From: Felis catus | Taxonomy: Eukaryota | Assembly (NCBI RefSeq): GCF_018350175.1 | Contig: NC_058369.1 | Location: 26,166,001-26,230,000, forward strand | Length of the DNA: 64,000 nucleotides | Reading direction: 5' to 3' | In this document: piece by piece, positions 12,225 to 24,540 of the stretch | Layout: every line of letters begins with the position of its first letter | How positions within the stretch are numbered: the stretch's first letter is position 1 | Notes under the pieces: model-generated | Databases searched by the model: none | What the model was told of the DNA's origin: nothing | The model's input: the letters and a program-made list of their open reading frames with translations, nothing else | Program-made: the position numbers and the translations under genes

Positions 12225-12600
12225 ATGGGTCAGGTTTGCTTTGCTGCTGTAACAAACAGCCACTACATCCCACTTGCTTTAACCAGTAAAGATATATTTC
12301 TTACAACACAGTGCAGTCTGATGTTCAACCGGCCACCTGCCACGCACTGATCTGGGGATCCAGGCCTGTCCCATAAGGTGGCTCTGCCATCTCCTAGGGC
12401 CTCGGAGTCCTTCCCTGAGTCCTTCTACATCCAACTGGGGACCAGGAAAGAGAGATGGAGAGTCTGCAGACAGCACGCCCACTCTTAACTGCCTTGGCCT
12501 GAAACTGACAAACGTTACTTCCTGTTACATTCTGTTGGTGAGAACACATCCTATGACTTCTAGATGTGTGAAGGCTGGGAGAGTTGTATCTGTCCCGGTC
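12225..12600. mobile_element. Old MaLR (MLT1-type) LTR fragment
   Basis: tttgctgctgtaacaaacagc... and ttctgttggtgagaac...cctatgac motifs typical of MLT1. Boundaries approximate. Confidence 0.5.
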
Positions 12601-13835
12601 TGCCTCTTACCCTGAAACTTCACAGAAGAGCTAGGCCACTTAAAGCTGCAATTTGAGCTCATTTGCCTGGGTTTCCCTCATCAACTTTGGGACAGTACTT
12701 GAATTCGAAAGAGCCAGAGGCAGAGAGTGTGAGCAAGGGCCAATGTGTGCGTGCGATTCTGCTGGAACTTGCACCGCAGCCTTGCACACCAGAGGTGCTT
12801 GGCAATTGCCTGCTGAATTTAATCAAATACCGAAGGACCTCTGGATTCCTCTAGGGCCATTTGATTGACTGTAACATCCATTGATGTAGCAGCTCCTAAA
12901 GGTCAGGTTCAGCCTGGGCTCTTGAGGAATAAGAAGCCAGATCTGGCTCACAGCACAGGGTGAGGATGGTTGGGATGGGGCAGTGCGGGGGTGGGGGGCA
13001 CCTTTGGGGCACAGAGGAGGCCCTGAAGCCAGCATGAGGTCTTGGGACAGGCTTCCTGAGGGAGTCACCATTATTTCTGTCATTAAATGAAACAATGCTC
13101 AGAAAATGCCTAGCAAGTGCCTCTGTCGGTGAATGATATTAATTATGATGATGATGATCTCTGTCAGCAGCAAGTCTGCAAGCTGCTTAGAAGAGGATAG
13201 GCCACCGCCAGGGCAGCCTTTCTCAGTTGGAATTTTGTAACTAGATTAAGCCCTTCCAAAAATGGTTTAAGTGATGATTTTCTCAATTCTCTCAAGGATG
13301 ATACTATGTAACTAGTATAATTCTAGAGGCATGGAAAAGAGGTTCGTTCCACACAGTGGATGTCCCAGGGTGTTAGGGCCTATTTCTTCTGGGACATTTA
13401 TTTATGAACGTATTTAATGAACACCAATATGATATTTGCATGCATTTTTCTAAGGCTGCACTATGTCATTTGGTAGCTATAAGCTACCATTTGAGCATTT
13501 GAAATGTGTCTCACCCAAATTGAAATGAGCTGTAAGTATAAAAGACACACCAAACTTTGAAGATTTGATAAGGTAAAACATGAAACGTATCTCATTAATA
13601 ATTTTTATATTGAATTACATGTTGAAATGACCAACTTTGCCCATGCTGGGTTAAACCAGGGATTGGCAGACTTTCTCTGGAAAGGACTAGTTGTAAGTAT
13701 TTTCCATTTGTGGGCCGTCTAGTCTCAGCTCCAAGCTACTCAACTCTGCAGTTGTGGTGTAAAAGCAGCCATAAATAATACATAAATGAATAGGCATGGC
13801 TATGTGTTAATAAAACTTTATTTAAAAAATAGGCA

Positions 13836-14718
13836 GAGGCACCTGGGTGACTCAGTCCTTAAGCATCTGACTTCACTCAGGTCATGATCTCACGGTTTCT
13901 GAGTTTGAGTCCCGCATCAGGTGTATTCGAGTCTCACATCAGGTGAGCTCGAGCCCTGCTTCCAGTGAACACGAGCCCTGCTTCAGGTGAGTCCCGTTTC
14001 TCTCTCTCTCTCTCTCTCTCCCTCTCCCTCTCTCCCTCTCCCTCTCTCCCTCTCTCCCTCTCTCCCTCTCTCCCTCTCTCCCTCTCTCCCTCTCTTCCTC
14101 TCCCTCTCTCCCTCTCTCCCTCTCCCTCTCTCCCTCTCCCTCTCTCCCTCTCCCTCTCTCCCTCTCCCCCTCTCCCTCTCCCTCTCTCCCTCTCCCTCTC
14201 CCTCTCTCCCTCTCCCTCTCCCTCTCCCTCTCCCTCTCCCTCTCCCTCTCCCTCTCCCTCTCCCTCTCTCCCTCTCCCTCTCCCTCTCCCTCTCCCTCTC
14301 TCCCTCTCCCTCTCCCTCTCCCTCTCCCTCTCCCTCTCCCTCTCCCCTCTCTCCCTCTCCCCTCTCTCCCTCTCCCTCTCCCTCTCCCTCTCCCTCTCCC
14401 TCTCCCTCTCCCTCTCCCTCTCCCTCTCTCCCTCTCCCTCTCCCTCTCCCTCTCCCTCTCCCTCTCTCCCTCTCCCTCTCCCTCTCCCTCTCCCTCTCCC
14501 TCTCCCTCTCCCCTCTCTCCCTCTCCCCTCTCTCCCTCTCCCTCTCCCTCTCCCTCTCCCTCTCCCTCTCCCTCTCCCTCTCCCCTCTCTCCCTCTCCCT
14601 CTCCCTCTCCCTCTCTCCCTCTCCCTCTCCCTCTCCCTCTCCCTCCCTCCTGGGGGGTTTTATCTCTGTCTCTCTGCCTCTTGCTTACTGTTTTCTCTCT
14701 CTCCCTCCCTCCCTCTCC

Positions 14719-14756
<38 letters not shown>

Positions 14757-14879
14757 CCTCTCCCTCTCCCTCTCCCCCTCCCCCTCCCCCTCCCCCTCTC
14801 CCTCTCCCTCTCTCCCTCCCTCCTGGGGGGTTTTATCTCTGTCTCTCTGCCTCTTGCTTACTGTTTTCTCTCTCTCCCT

Positions 14880-14921
<42 letters not shown>

Positions 14922-14925
14922 AAAA
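13836..14925 (+). mobile_element. CAN-SINE with a greatly expanded CT tract
   Basis: Head gaggcacctgggtgactcagt; TSD AAAAAATAGGCAG at 13824-13836 and 14920-14932. Confidence 0.85.
13997..14918. repeat. ~920-bp (CT)n/(CCCTCT)n homopyrimidine tract
   Basis: Direct observation; interrupted only by two copies of a ~70-nt unit. Confidence 0.97.
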
Positions 14926-15667
14926 TAGGCAGTGGGCTAGATTTGACCTATAGCTTGTCATTTACTGACCCCTGGGTTAAATAAGATATATTACCAAAAT
15001 TAAGTTTACTTGTTTATTTTTTTGCTTTTTTACATGTGGCTATTAGATTTCAAATTACATATTGGCTCACATGATTTCCCTACGGAACAGGGCTGGTCTA
15101 AGCACTTTATGAATATTAACTCTGAGGGATAACTCTTATCCTGAGAGAGGGGTGAGGGGCCGGGAATGTGTGAATTCTGATGACAACCTAAAGAAATCTC
15201 CTTGTCCTGGCTCCCCTCCTGCTGAATGTGGAGCCCAAGGGTAGACTGTGTGGCTGCTTCCTGGGGATATCTGAGTCTGTTACCCTGTGTTTAGGGTCCT
15301 TTGACTAAGGGAAGTACCCAGCAAGACCACCAGGTGGTGCTGTCTAACCACAGAGCACCCTGGTTGATCTGCTAGAAACCTGCGTTCTATGCTAGGCTCT
15401 GCCATTCCTTTGTTGTGTGGCCTTGGACCTCAATTTCCTCACCTGTAAAATGGGGTTAGACTGGCCTCGTGAAAACCTAAACTTTTAAGACGGACAGACC
15501 TGAACTAAGTTTTTCACTCCAGCAGAGCCACATTATGACTTTCATGGTCCCTAGGCATTTTGCCTTCATGCATCCCTTCTTCCACAAAAAATATTAAAAA
15601 GTGTATTTTACAACTATGTTCGTATAAATACAAATATATTAATATTATGTATTAAGGTTTTTACTTC

Positions 15668-15894
15668 GGGGCGCCTGGGTGGCACAGTCGGTTAAGCGTC
15701 CGACTTCAGCCAGGTCACGATCTCGCGGTCCGTGAGTTCGAGCCCCGCATCAGGCTCTGGGCTGATGGCTCAGAGCCTGGAGCCTGTTTCCGATTCTGTG
15801 TCTCCCTCTCTCTCTGCCCCTCCCCCGCTCATGCTCTGTCTCTCTCTGTCCCAAAAATAAATAAACGTTGAAAAAAAAATTAAAAAAAAAAAAA
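15668..15894 (+). mobile_element. Young felid CAN-SINE with perfect TSD
   Basis: AAGGTTTTTACTTC at 15654-15667 and 15895-15908. Confidence 0.95.
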
Positions 15895-15981
15895 AAGGTT
15901 TTTACTTCAACCTAAAATTTTATCTTATTCCTTCTTCTGAAAGAAAACATTTCCATGGCCCTCAAAAGTATTATGAACCCT

Positions 15982-16143
15982 GGGGAGCCTGGGTGGCTCA
16001 GTCAGTTAAGTGACTGACTCTTGATTTCAGCTGAGGTCATGATCTCACGGTTCATGAGTTCGACCCCCACATCGGGCTCCATGCTGGCAGTGCAGAGCCT
16101 GCTTGGGATTCTCTGTCTCCCTCTCTCTCTGCCCCTCTTGTGC

Positions 16144-16185
<42 letters not shown>

Positions 16186-16222
16186 AATAAGTAAAATAAA
16201 CTTTAAAAAATTATTTAAAAAA
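15982..16222 (+). mobile_element. CAN-SINE
   Basis: Head, (CT)n tract and A tail. Confidence 0.9.
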
Positions 16223-16494
16223 TGTATTACAAACCCTAGGCTCTGTGCCTACTGTGCCTCATGGAAGAGTCATGCTGGACTCCACTACTTACCAGCTGTG
16301 TGACCATGGGCAGTTGTTTAACTTCTCTGGGCCTCAGTTTCCTCATTTATAAAATGGAGATGACAACAGACCCCAACTTTTTGGTGCCATAGTTGGAATT
16401 TAGTGAGAGAGTGCATGGCATGACTTCTTAGAGCAAGCCCTAGCCAATGGTAGTAGCTATTATTATTATTATTATTATCTTCTTTAAGGATATT

Positions 16495-16703
16495 TTCTTT
16501 TTTTGATGTTTATTTATTTTTGAGAGAAAGAGAGAAAGCAAGCAGGGGAGGGTCAGGGAGAGAGGGAGACCCAGAATCTGAAGCAGACTCCAGGCTCTGA
16601 GCTGTCAGCACAGAGTCCAATGTGGGGCTTGAACCCATGAGCCATGAGATCATGACCCAAGCCAAAATCGGACTCTTAACTGACTAAACCACCCAGGTGC
16701 CCC
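16495..16703 (-). mobile_element. CAN-SINE
   Basis: Reverse-complement SINEC body flanked by aaggatattttct repeats. Confidence 0.9.
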
Positions 16704-16745
16704 AAGGATATTTTCTAACCTCCATGAAACTATTAAAATATCTCA

Positions 16746-16975
16746 GGGGTGCCTGGGTGGCTCAGTCGGTTGGGCGTCTGACTTCGGCTCAGGTTATGAT
16801 CTCACAGCTCTTGAATTGGAGCCCCACGTCGGGCTCTGTGCTGACAGCTCTGGGCCTGGAGCCTGCTTTGGATTCTGTGTGTCTCTCTCTCTCTCTCTCT
16901 CTCTCTCTGCCCCTAACCCACTTGCGTTCTGTCTCTGTCTCTCTCAAAAATAAATAAACATTAAAAAAATTTTAA
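16746..16975 (+). mobile_element. CAN-SINE
   Basis: Head, CT tract and A tail. Confidence 0.9.
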
Positions 16976-17464
16976 TATCTCAAAATATGTCAAAAAAATA
17001 AAACGAAACTTCAGGATATTTGATGGGGGAAGTTTAAGAGTTTCCTAGAGAAGAGTGTATCAGCAGAAGGAGTTTTTGCAAATGATAAACATAGATTTTT
17101 CTCCTGCCATTGGTGAACTCATGAAATAGGAACATGGACTTGTACCAATCAGCTGGAATCTGGGCCAGCTGGAGAATAATTGCAAGCCCATGTTCCTACC
17201 TCATGAGCAGATAACTTGGGAAAAGTGTGTGTGTGCGTGTGTGTGTGTGTCTGCAGCATTCATCTTAGAGAAAGGAGATTTGCATGGAGATTTGAAGGCT
17301 ATGAAAGCCTTAGGCCTATGGAGACAGGGACATTGTGTTTGCAGGGAAGAGGGACAAAGAGGGGAGGGGAGCTTTAGGCTGAGAAACATGTATAAAGGTC
17401 TGGGGCAGGAGGGTGGAGGGCAAATTCAAGCAACGCGGTGAGGTTTACCTTTCTTTAGCTGATT

Positions 17465-17685
17465 TTTTTTTTTACCTTTTTTTCAAATGTTTATTTCTAT
17501 TGACAGAGTGTGCCAGTGTGAGCAGGGGAGGGGCAGAGAGAGAGGGAGAGAGAGAATCCCAAGCAGGTTCTGCACTGTCAGCACAGAGCCTGATGCAAGG
17601 CTCCATCTTACCAACCATGAGATCATGACCTGAGCAGAAATCAAGTCGGACTCTTAACTGATTGAGCCACCCACCCAGGTGCCCC
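17465..17685 (-). mobile_element. CAN-SINE
   Basis: Reverse-complement SINEC flanked by tctttagctga-like repeats. Confidence 0.9.
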
Positions 17686-18651
17686 TCTTTAGCTGAATTT
17701 TAGTTCTTGTATCCCTGGTGCCATCCCATTTTATATCCTTCAAACATTGTTTGAGAAACGTGAATGCACTAGGAAGCCCTGTCAATTTTTTAATCCCCGA
17801 TTTGTACCAGCAAAAATCGCTCCCTAACTTTGTAAGTTAGGTGTTTCCATCTGGAAGTGTTTCTAAAAGAAAAATTACAACAATCCTACTACCCAATGTC
17901 TACTACTTTTGGTGCAAAAAATATTTTCTTTTAAGGATAATTATGTGAAGACTATTGCCTTCTTCTCCAAGATGGCACAGTAGTGCCCTCTGAGTTTAAT
18001 TAATGGCACAAAAACTCTGTCTCCTTTTATTTTCCTGGTTTGACAACTGTCCTTATACTTGCCTTCTCCAGCCCAAGGGAAAGATATGAGCCAGGGCTGC
18101 TGAACTGGAGAAACTCCCTCCACCCTCTGGCCCCCAGCCCACAGAGACAGGATGAAGAGCATGAAAGAAATGCTGCTGTGTTTGAGGCAGGAAGGGGATG
18201 TTGATAAGAAAGAGAAAATAACAGGAATGGAAGAGGGGCATCTCAATTTCTCAAGACTCACTTGCTGAAATACTGTTTGTGATCAAAGATAAAGAAATGG
18301 AACCTTGGTCTGATTCCTCGTATAGCAAAAATTCAAAGTAATTAAATGAGAGACATATGTACCCAAAGACTTAAAGTGAGCCACCCTTTGACGGAGCAAG
18401 TCCTGCTAATAAAAATATAGCCTCCACTTGTCAAGGGCTTGCTAAGTGTGAGGCACGTATTCAGTGTTTTACATTCATTATCTTACTGAAACTTCACCTC
18501 TGAGGTTGATCACATCAGGGGACTGAAGGCAAGTGGCCTGCGCAGCATCCCAGAGCTCGTAGGTGGTACAGATTATGGCTCCAAAGTGAGCCTATCCCCT
18601 CCTCATGTTACCCTCTTCTCACTAAGCAGGGCCAGGAGGGTGAGTTTAAGA

Positions 18652-18836
18652 TCTGGTTTCTCAATAACTAATGAAAGAAAAGTCTTATCCTCAGGTCTTC
18701 TGGGAGCCTCTCAAAAATGCAGGCTTTTGGGCCCCACCCCAGACCTTCTGAGACAGCCTCTGGGGGCCTGGAGCCTAGGCATCAGCATGGCGACAGGTCC
18801 CCTGGGATTCTGGGACACACCAGTTTCGAACCCTCT
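18652..18836. mobile_element. MER5-like DNA transposon fragment
   Basis: ggtttctcaa...aaaatgcagg...gggccccaccccagacct...ctgggggcctggagcctaggcatc is MER5A-like. Confidence 0.55.
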
Positions 18837-20527
18837 GGATAAAGCCAAAGCTGAGAGGTTGTGTACCACCAAGGTGTGCCTTCCTTCCCCTAAAAGGCAC
18901 ACGAGTTCCTTGCCCCAGTCAGGCCAGGTGACCCAAAGGGATGGGAGCATGTCTGTGGCCCTGTTAAGTTGTGACCAGTAAGAAGCCCCACTCTGCCTCC
19001 TCTTGCCGGGCAGAGTGGCCCCAGAGCCAGCAGGTGCCCGTGGCTCCAGTAAGCTGCTACAATGCAGAGACCGAAGGATGTCCTGTCACAAACGAGGTCA
19101 CAGGGTGGGAAGGACCAGCCGGAGCAGTGGACAGGACAGTGGTTGGTCTGGTCCACCTTCCCCTGCCTCCCCCACCGAGCACAGGGCTCTTGTCCCAGCC
19201 ATGCCGCTGGCCTCTGGAATGAAAGGATCATCATCTCCTCCAGAGTAAGCTCATTTGGGAATTGCCTGCTTGACCATTTGGGACCTTGGAAATTGGATGT
19301 CTTCCTGGGTCAGTGAGCCCTGCTCACAAGAGGAGGTGACAGGAACTTTATAACCTTACCACCTTCCCCCCCCCCCATTCCAACGAAATTTGGGGGAAAA
19401 TGGTTTTCCCATGTAAGCAGAACACTTTTGATTTAATTCCGTCAGTCAGATGCAACCAAATTTCAAAACTCAGGCTTATGGTCTCTTTTTCTTATATCAA
19501 AAGTCACATCGTCTCTGATATATTAAGGAAAATCAGCGAGAAGTAGGACCATGCATAATATACTCTATGTTTCAAGGTTACATATGGTGCTTATTTATGC
19601 ATAGAGTCTCTTGGAAGGATGCATAAACTGGTAAGAGGGGTTGCTTCTGAGACAGGAAACGAGTGGGTGAGGTCCCGGGGCAGCATTTCTGGTCTCTGCT
19701 TATTCTTTGGTACTGCTCGTATATTTAGCCTTGTTCAGGTACCACTTGAACAAAAGAAGCAATGTAAGGGAAAGCGAAGTGAAACAAACAAGAATGGTCA
19801 CCATGGATACAGGCAAAATGGTGCTGGCAGGACTCCTCTGTAACTCTTTGGTTGCAGAATGATAACAAAACCCTGAGCCTCTGCCAGCCAACTGGCCTAC
19901 TCAAAGCCCAGGAGGAGGGAGGCTTGGGGCCATGCAGGGAAGGGGCAGTCCTGCTGGGTACAGAGTGCAAGATGGGATGAAGGTGAGGCTGACGTGTTAC
20001 GCCAGAAAATACAAACCCTTGTGGGCATCCAAAAACTCTGGGCTCTTTCCAGATGGTGGTGGGAGCCCCCGCAGGGTATTGAAGCAAGGCTGGGAATGCA
20101 AGTGGGCTGTGGTCAGAATGGAATTTCAAAGGATGGCACTGGTGGTTACTGGGCTTGCTGAGTTGGAGGACAATTTGGAGGCAGGGAGGCCAGGTGGGAT
20201 GGCCTTCATTCTTCATCCCCGTGAGACACGATCACCATCCTGACCTCGAACGGGAGGGGACAGATTCCTCAAACAGATAATTGCCCAAATCCTAGGGTAC
20301 AGTTGGGGCCTTGGCCTTTCTCAGGACGTGAAGCCTGTCCTTTTGGACTGCAAAATCCCCCAGTTTCCTTTTAGGTAAGTCAGGGGAGGAAGGAGCCCAA
20401 GAAGGGTAAGAGAAGACTGTCCTCCCAATTTGACTCAAGTCAGATTAAATTCAAGTTGAAAAATGAAAGCAGTTGGACCAGACTTGTTTCCTGAGTGCAG
20501 GCAGAAGTTCATACCTGTTAAAGCTGT

Positions 20528-20533
20528 TTTATT
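20528..20533 (-). terminator. DNASE1L3: DNASE1L3 polyadenylation signal AATAAA
   Basis: TTTATT on the plus strand, ~40 nt past the stop codon. Confidence 0.75.
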
Positions 20534-20572
20534 TAGAAGCAAGAAATGGTTAATAAAATGAAATTCTTGTAT

Positions 20573-20686
20573 CTAGGAGCGACGGGTCTTTTTCTTCCTT
20601 GGAGAGATAGATTTTTTGTTGGTGGCGAAGACCCTTGAAGATTGTAGTTTAAATTCAACTGGAAAGTGGTCGCTGACATCCAAGGC
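20573..20686 (-). CDS. DNASE1L3: Deoxyribonuclease gamma (DNase1-like 3), coding exon 8
   Basis: ttatag|ALDVSDHFPVEFKLQSSRVFATNKKSISPRKKKTRRS*; catalytic SDHFP motif and basic C-terminal tail; 114 nt. Confidence 0.97.
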   Translation of the reverse strand, partial: ALDVSDHFPVEFKLQSSRVFATNKKSISPRKKKTRRS

Positions 20687-20988
20687 CTATAAAGAGAAAA
20701 AGGAGATAAATTTGGGGATTAGGAGACTCTCATCTTAGTGCTGAACAAATTCAGGTTCAAAGTGGGAAGACAAAAGGCCTAAAGTCACCCAACAGAACAC
20801 ACACTGGTGAGCATCATCCCTGGACCAGCTCAATCAGAAATTGAGACAGGTCTTCAAGTCACAGAATCATGGGCTTTGAGACTCAAGGTCCAATGGCCCA
20901 GTGTTGTGTCTCCAGTGGTGGCCTCAAAGGGTGACACCAACTCATCTTCCCAGGACAGTGGCACAGAAAGACAAGATGGCAGCTGTAC

Positions 20989-21085
20989 CTCCTCTTTGGT
21001 CAACCCATAAGCTTTCTGGAAGTCAAAGGTTCTGTTTGATCCGTGAACAACAAAGCTGATGATCTCTTGTCCTCGAAGCACGATC
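20989..21085 (-). CDS. DNASE1L3: DNase1-like 3, coding exon 7
   Basis: ctccag|(R)IVLRGQEIISFVVHGSNRTFDFQKAYGLTKEE|gtacag; 97 nt. Confidence 0.96.
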
Positions 21086-23064
21086 CTGGAGAAGGGGAGG
21101 GAAGACAGTCACATTAATCCACCTTGTTGATTTCTGAGACCAACCAAATTTCCTGTTTGACGTCTGGAATGGACTGAGCAGCCTGGCTCTTCCGAGTGAT
21201 GTTCAAAGTGCAGACCTGGTGACCCTTAGGACAATGCCTCAGACTGGGAAATGGGACCAAGCCCTGCCGTGGCCCCATGGGCTCCAAAACAATGTTTCCC
21301 TGTGTGGACAGTTAGCCCTGATGGTGGAGGAGAAGATTATAAATGATACGTGGACACCACACCACGTACCGATGACTTGCATAGTGAGAATATTTCTCCC
21401 TTCACAGTTATTTTTCACTTTTCTTGATTTGACTATAGAGAAAGGTACTGGCTTATCTTTAATAACCCCCTAAGCTCCCATTTTGACCAAGACTGAGCAG
21501 CCTGGAGTCACCAAGCATTTTGCAAGCGAGAGAACTAAGGCAGAATTTAACATGGTTTGATTTTCACAGGGCTTATTTTTAGCTATTTTCAATTTACGAC
21601 AGAGGATATTGTTTCTCACCTTAACATGAAATTTCCTTTAAAAGTTAATTTATTTCATTAGAAATGAATGGACTTAAAGACAAATACAGACAAAAACCAT
21701 AGTATGGTTGCTTTGCGGTGATAACAAACACCGGGAACACGGTAGCTAAATGAGTCTGGGAAACATGGACTCTAATGTATCCCAGGTGGAGTGATGAGTT
21801 GGGGTCTGCATGGCTCCTGACTGAACAAGGACAAGGTGAGTCAAACTGCCAGTTCATGCCTCTCCACCAAGCTTTCCCTGATTCCAACCTGTGACTTGGT
21901 TTCCTGTGTTTGCTACCATACCACCGGGGTTAACTTTGAATTCAGTCCCCAAGTGAACTCTTCACCTTCGGCTGGAGATTTCTTAGAGCCATCCTTCAGA
22001 CCCAGAGAGTAGAGAGCAACATCGTTAAGACCCCCGTTTCTGACTCCTACATATGTGTGCAGGCCATTGAAGTCTTTCCCGAGGTGTGGCACAGGCCAGC
22101 TCTTGACATCTTTTGTGTCCAGCAGCAGAGCACAGCTCATGGGAGGTGTTCAATAAACATCTGAACACGGAACGAAGACTGGAATTGAGACCATTTCATT
22201 TTACTCTCCTTGTTAGAAATTTATATGCCTTTTTAAAAAACCCCAAAAGATATATGCTTGTACGGAAAACATAGAAAATTCAGAGCGGCAAAATGAGAAA
22301 TTAAAAAAAAAAAGCACATGTAACCCTGCCATTCTTTGGCATATATGTGTATAAAACTGAGGTTCTTTCAGTAAACATCTTTTTTTAACCTGTTCCCCCA
22401 CCCCACCCAATCTTCCATGAACATCTTTCCCTGTGATTCACTGTTCTCTGCTTCATTATTTTCAATCACCTCCCTCTCGTTGGTCAGGGGTGCAGAAGGT
22501 TCTTGACCTGCCCACGGTCAATGCACAACTGCATGTGAGTAGGCAGGTGGGTGAACAGGCTGGTGGGTGAACAGGCTGGCGGGTGAGTGGCCTACTCCAA
22601 CCAGCTTTGTTGGCAACTGGTCAAAGTGAGAGAGAGGAGGCAGGCACCTGCGAGCTCGGCCTCTTGTAACCCTCCTGCCTTGATTCCGCTTTCCCCAGTG
22701 CTAGGGCTGTTTCCACTCTTGAGAGCTGGAGCAGTGACTTCTGCAAAGGACACACCAGCCCTGAAAGCTCCGAGAGGAACAAAGGAGGTCATGGATGGAA
22801 ATGAAAGCCAGACCTCAAAACTAGAGAAGTGAGAACAGCTGTCTTCTGGCAGAAGCCGTCTCCTGCTTCCTCGGAGGCAGGCTGAGCTCTGGGAACTGCG
22901 GTCACAGCGGATTTCCCAGCCTGCGGTCTCTGCTGTGGGAGGGGAGATCATGAACATGCACACAATTCAAGCGCCTCCCCCACCTCTCAGTTTAAGAAAC
23001 AAAAGTGAGAGCTGATTGAAATTCCCCAGGGAGATGTTACAACTGTGAGAGAATGTTATTTACT

Positions 23065-23665
23065 TTTTTTTTTTTATTCAATCTCTACACCCAGTATGGG
23101 GCTTGAACTCACACCCCGGGATCAAGAGCCGCGTGCTCTACTCACTGAGCCAACTGGGAGCCCCGAGAATGCTATTATTTACAGGTATGTGTTTGCATTT
23201 AGGAATATGTAACAAAAGGTTTTTTTTAATTTCTTTTTTAACATTTTATTTATTTTTGAGAGACTGAGCACAAGCAGGGGAGGGGCAGAGAAAAGACAGA
23301 GACAGAATCTGAAGCAGGCTCCAGGCTCCGAGCTGTTAGTACAGAGCCTGATGCGGGGCTCGAACCCACAAACTGTGAGATCATGACCTGAACCCACGAA
23401 CCTGTGAGATCATGACCTGAACCAAAGTCAGAGGGTTAACTGACTGAGCCACCCAGGCACCCCTGTAGCAAAAGTTTTAAAAAAGTAAGTACCCTGGGTG
23501 CCTGGGTGACTCAGTCGGTTAAGCCTCTGACTTTGACTCATGATCTCACAGCTCATAAGTTTGAGCCTCGCTCCAGGTGAGCCCTGCTTCTCTCTCTCTC
23601 TCTCTCCCTCTCCCTCTCCCTCTCTCACTTGTACCCTCTCTCTCAAAAAAAAAAAAAAAAAAAAG
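23065..23665. mobile_element. Cluster of three CAN-SINEs (-, -, +)
   Basis: Short minus copy ~23065-23164, minus copy ~23220-23463, plus copy ~23495-23665. Confidence 0.85.
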
Positions 23666-24275
23666 TAAATACCTTTTTACTTACTCGTCTCATTTTTAGT
23701 TTTACCCTGAGGAATTCATAAATATATGCACAAAGTACATGTATAGAATGTTCACTTCAGCAGTGCTTCTCCCAGGAAACTCTTGGTAATAACCTAAGCC
23801 CAATGACAGGGGATTTGAGTGAATGCATTGTGGTATGTCTTTGTGATGAAATAATTAACAGCCGGTGAATGTATGGAACGCTTACCATATGCCAGGCATT
23901 GTGTGAGAAGACATATACTACTTCATCTAATCCTCATTGTGGCTCCATGAATGAGGCATGACTACAATCTCCATTTTACAGATGAGGAAGCAAAGACACA
24001 GACATATGCTCAGATACATGAAATGGTAGAGGCAGGATTTGAATCCAGACCTGTCTGACATCAAAGCCTGCACTAGCCACAGTTAAGTTGCAATGCTCAG
24101 GGCTCCCGGACACGGCCATGCATTTGCACACTGCACAAGTACCCAATGGCCGGGCCTGAAGTCTAATTGACTCAGCGCTGCAAGCCAGGTTCTTCCTCCG
24201 CCCAGAGCAAGGCACCTTTCCTGATGCATACCAAGCACTGGATGGGCTGGCTGGAGTCAGGCAGGTGCCTCCTAC

Positions 24276-24433
24276 CTGTCATATGCACAGTTGGTGCTCT
24301 CCTTGACTGTGGTGTCCTCTTGGTCCCCTATCAGCCAAACAAACCCGGGGTCAGTCCTCAAGCGGATGTTCTTCCAGGCCTTCTTGGGCACATAGCTACA
24401 GCCGGCGTTGAAGTCACCCATGAAAATGAAATT
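24276..24433 (-). CDS. DNASE1L3: DNase1-like 3, coding exon 6
   Basis: tttcag|NFIFMGDFNAGCSYVPKKAWKNIRLRTDPGFVWLIGDQEDTTVKESTNCAYD(R)|gtagga; DNase I GDFNA motif; 158 nt. Confidence 0.98.
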
Positions 24434-24540
24434 CTGAAAGATATTATTTGGAACCGTCACCTTGTATGTATTATTGCCAATGCTTTTGCTCAGAACTGCT
24501 AGCAATGGCCCCACCTCCCATACTCATCAAACAACGGGGT

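Larger units (their letters stand above)
13657..14974 (+). mobile_element. MER58-like hAT-Charlie MITE interrupted by a SINE
   Basis: CAGGG...CCCTG termini, MER58A-like body, 8-bp TSD GGTTAAAC (13649-13656) / GGTTAAAT (14975-14982). Confidence 0.7.

Noticed and set aside
13965..14984. 339-aa and 313-aa Ser/Pro/Leu-rich ORFs
   Set aside because: Translation artefacts of the stop-free CT microsatellite.
22545..22586. GGTGGGTGAACAGGCT direct repeat (~2.5 copies)
   Set aside because: Simple slippage duplication with no spacers; not CRISPR-like or otherwise informative.
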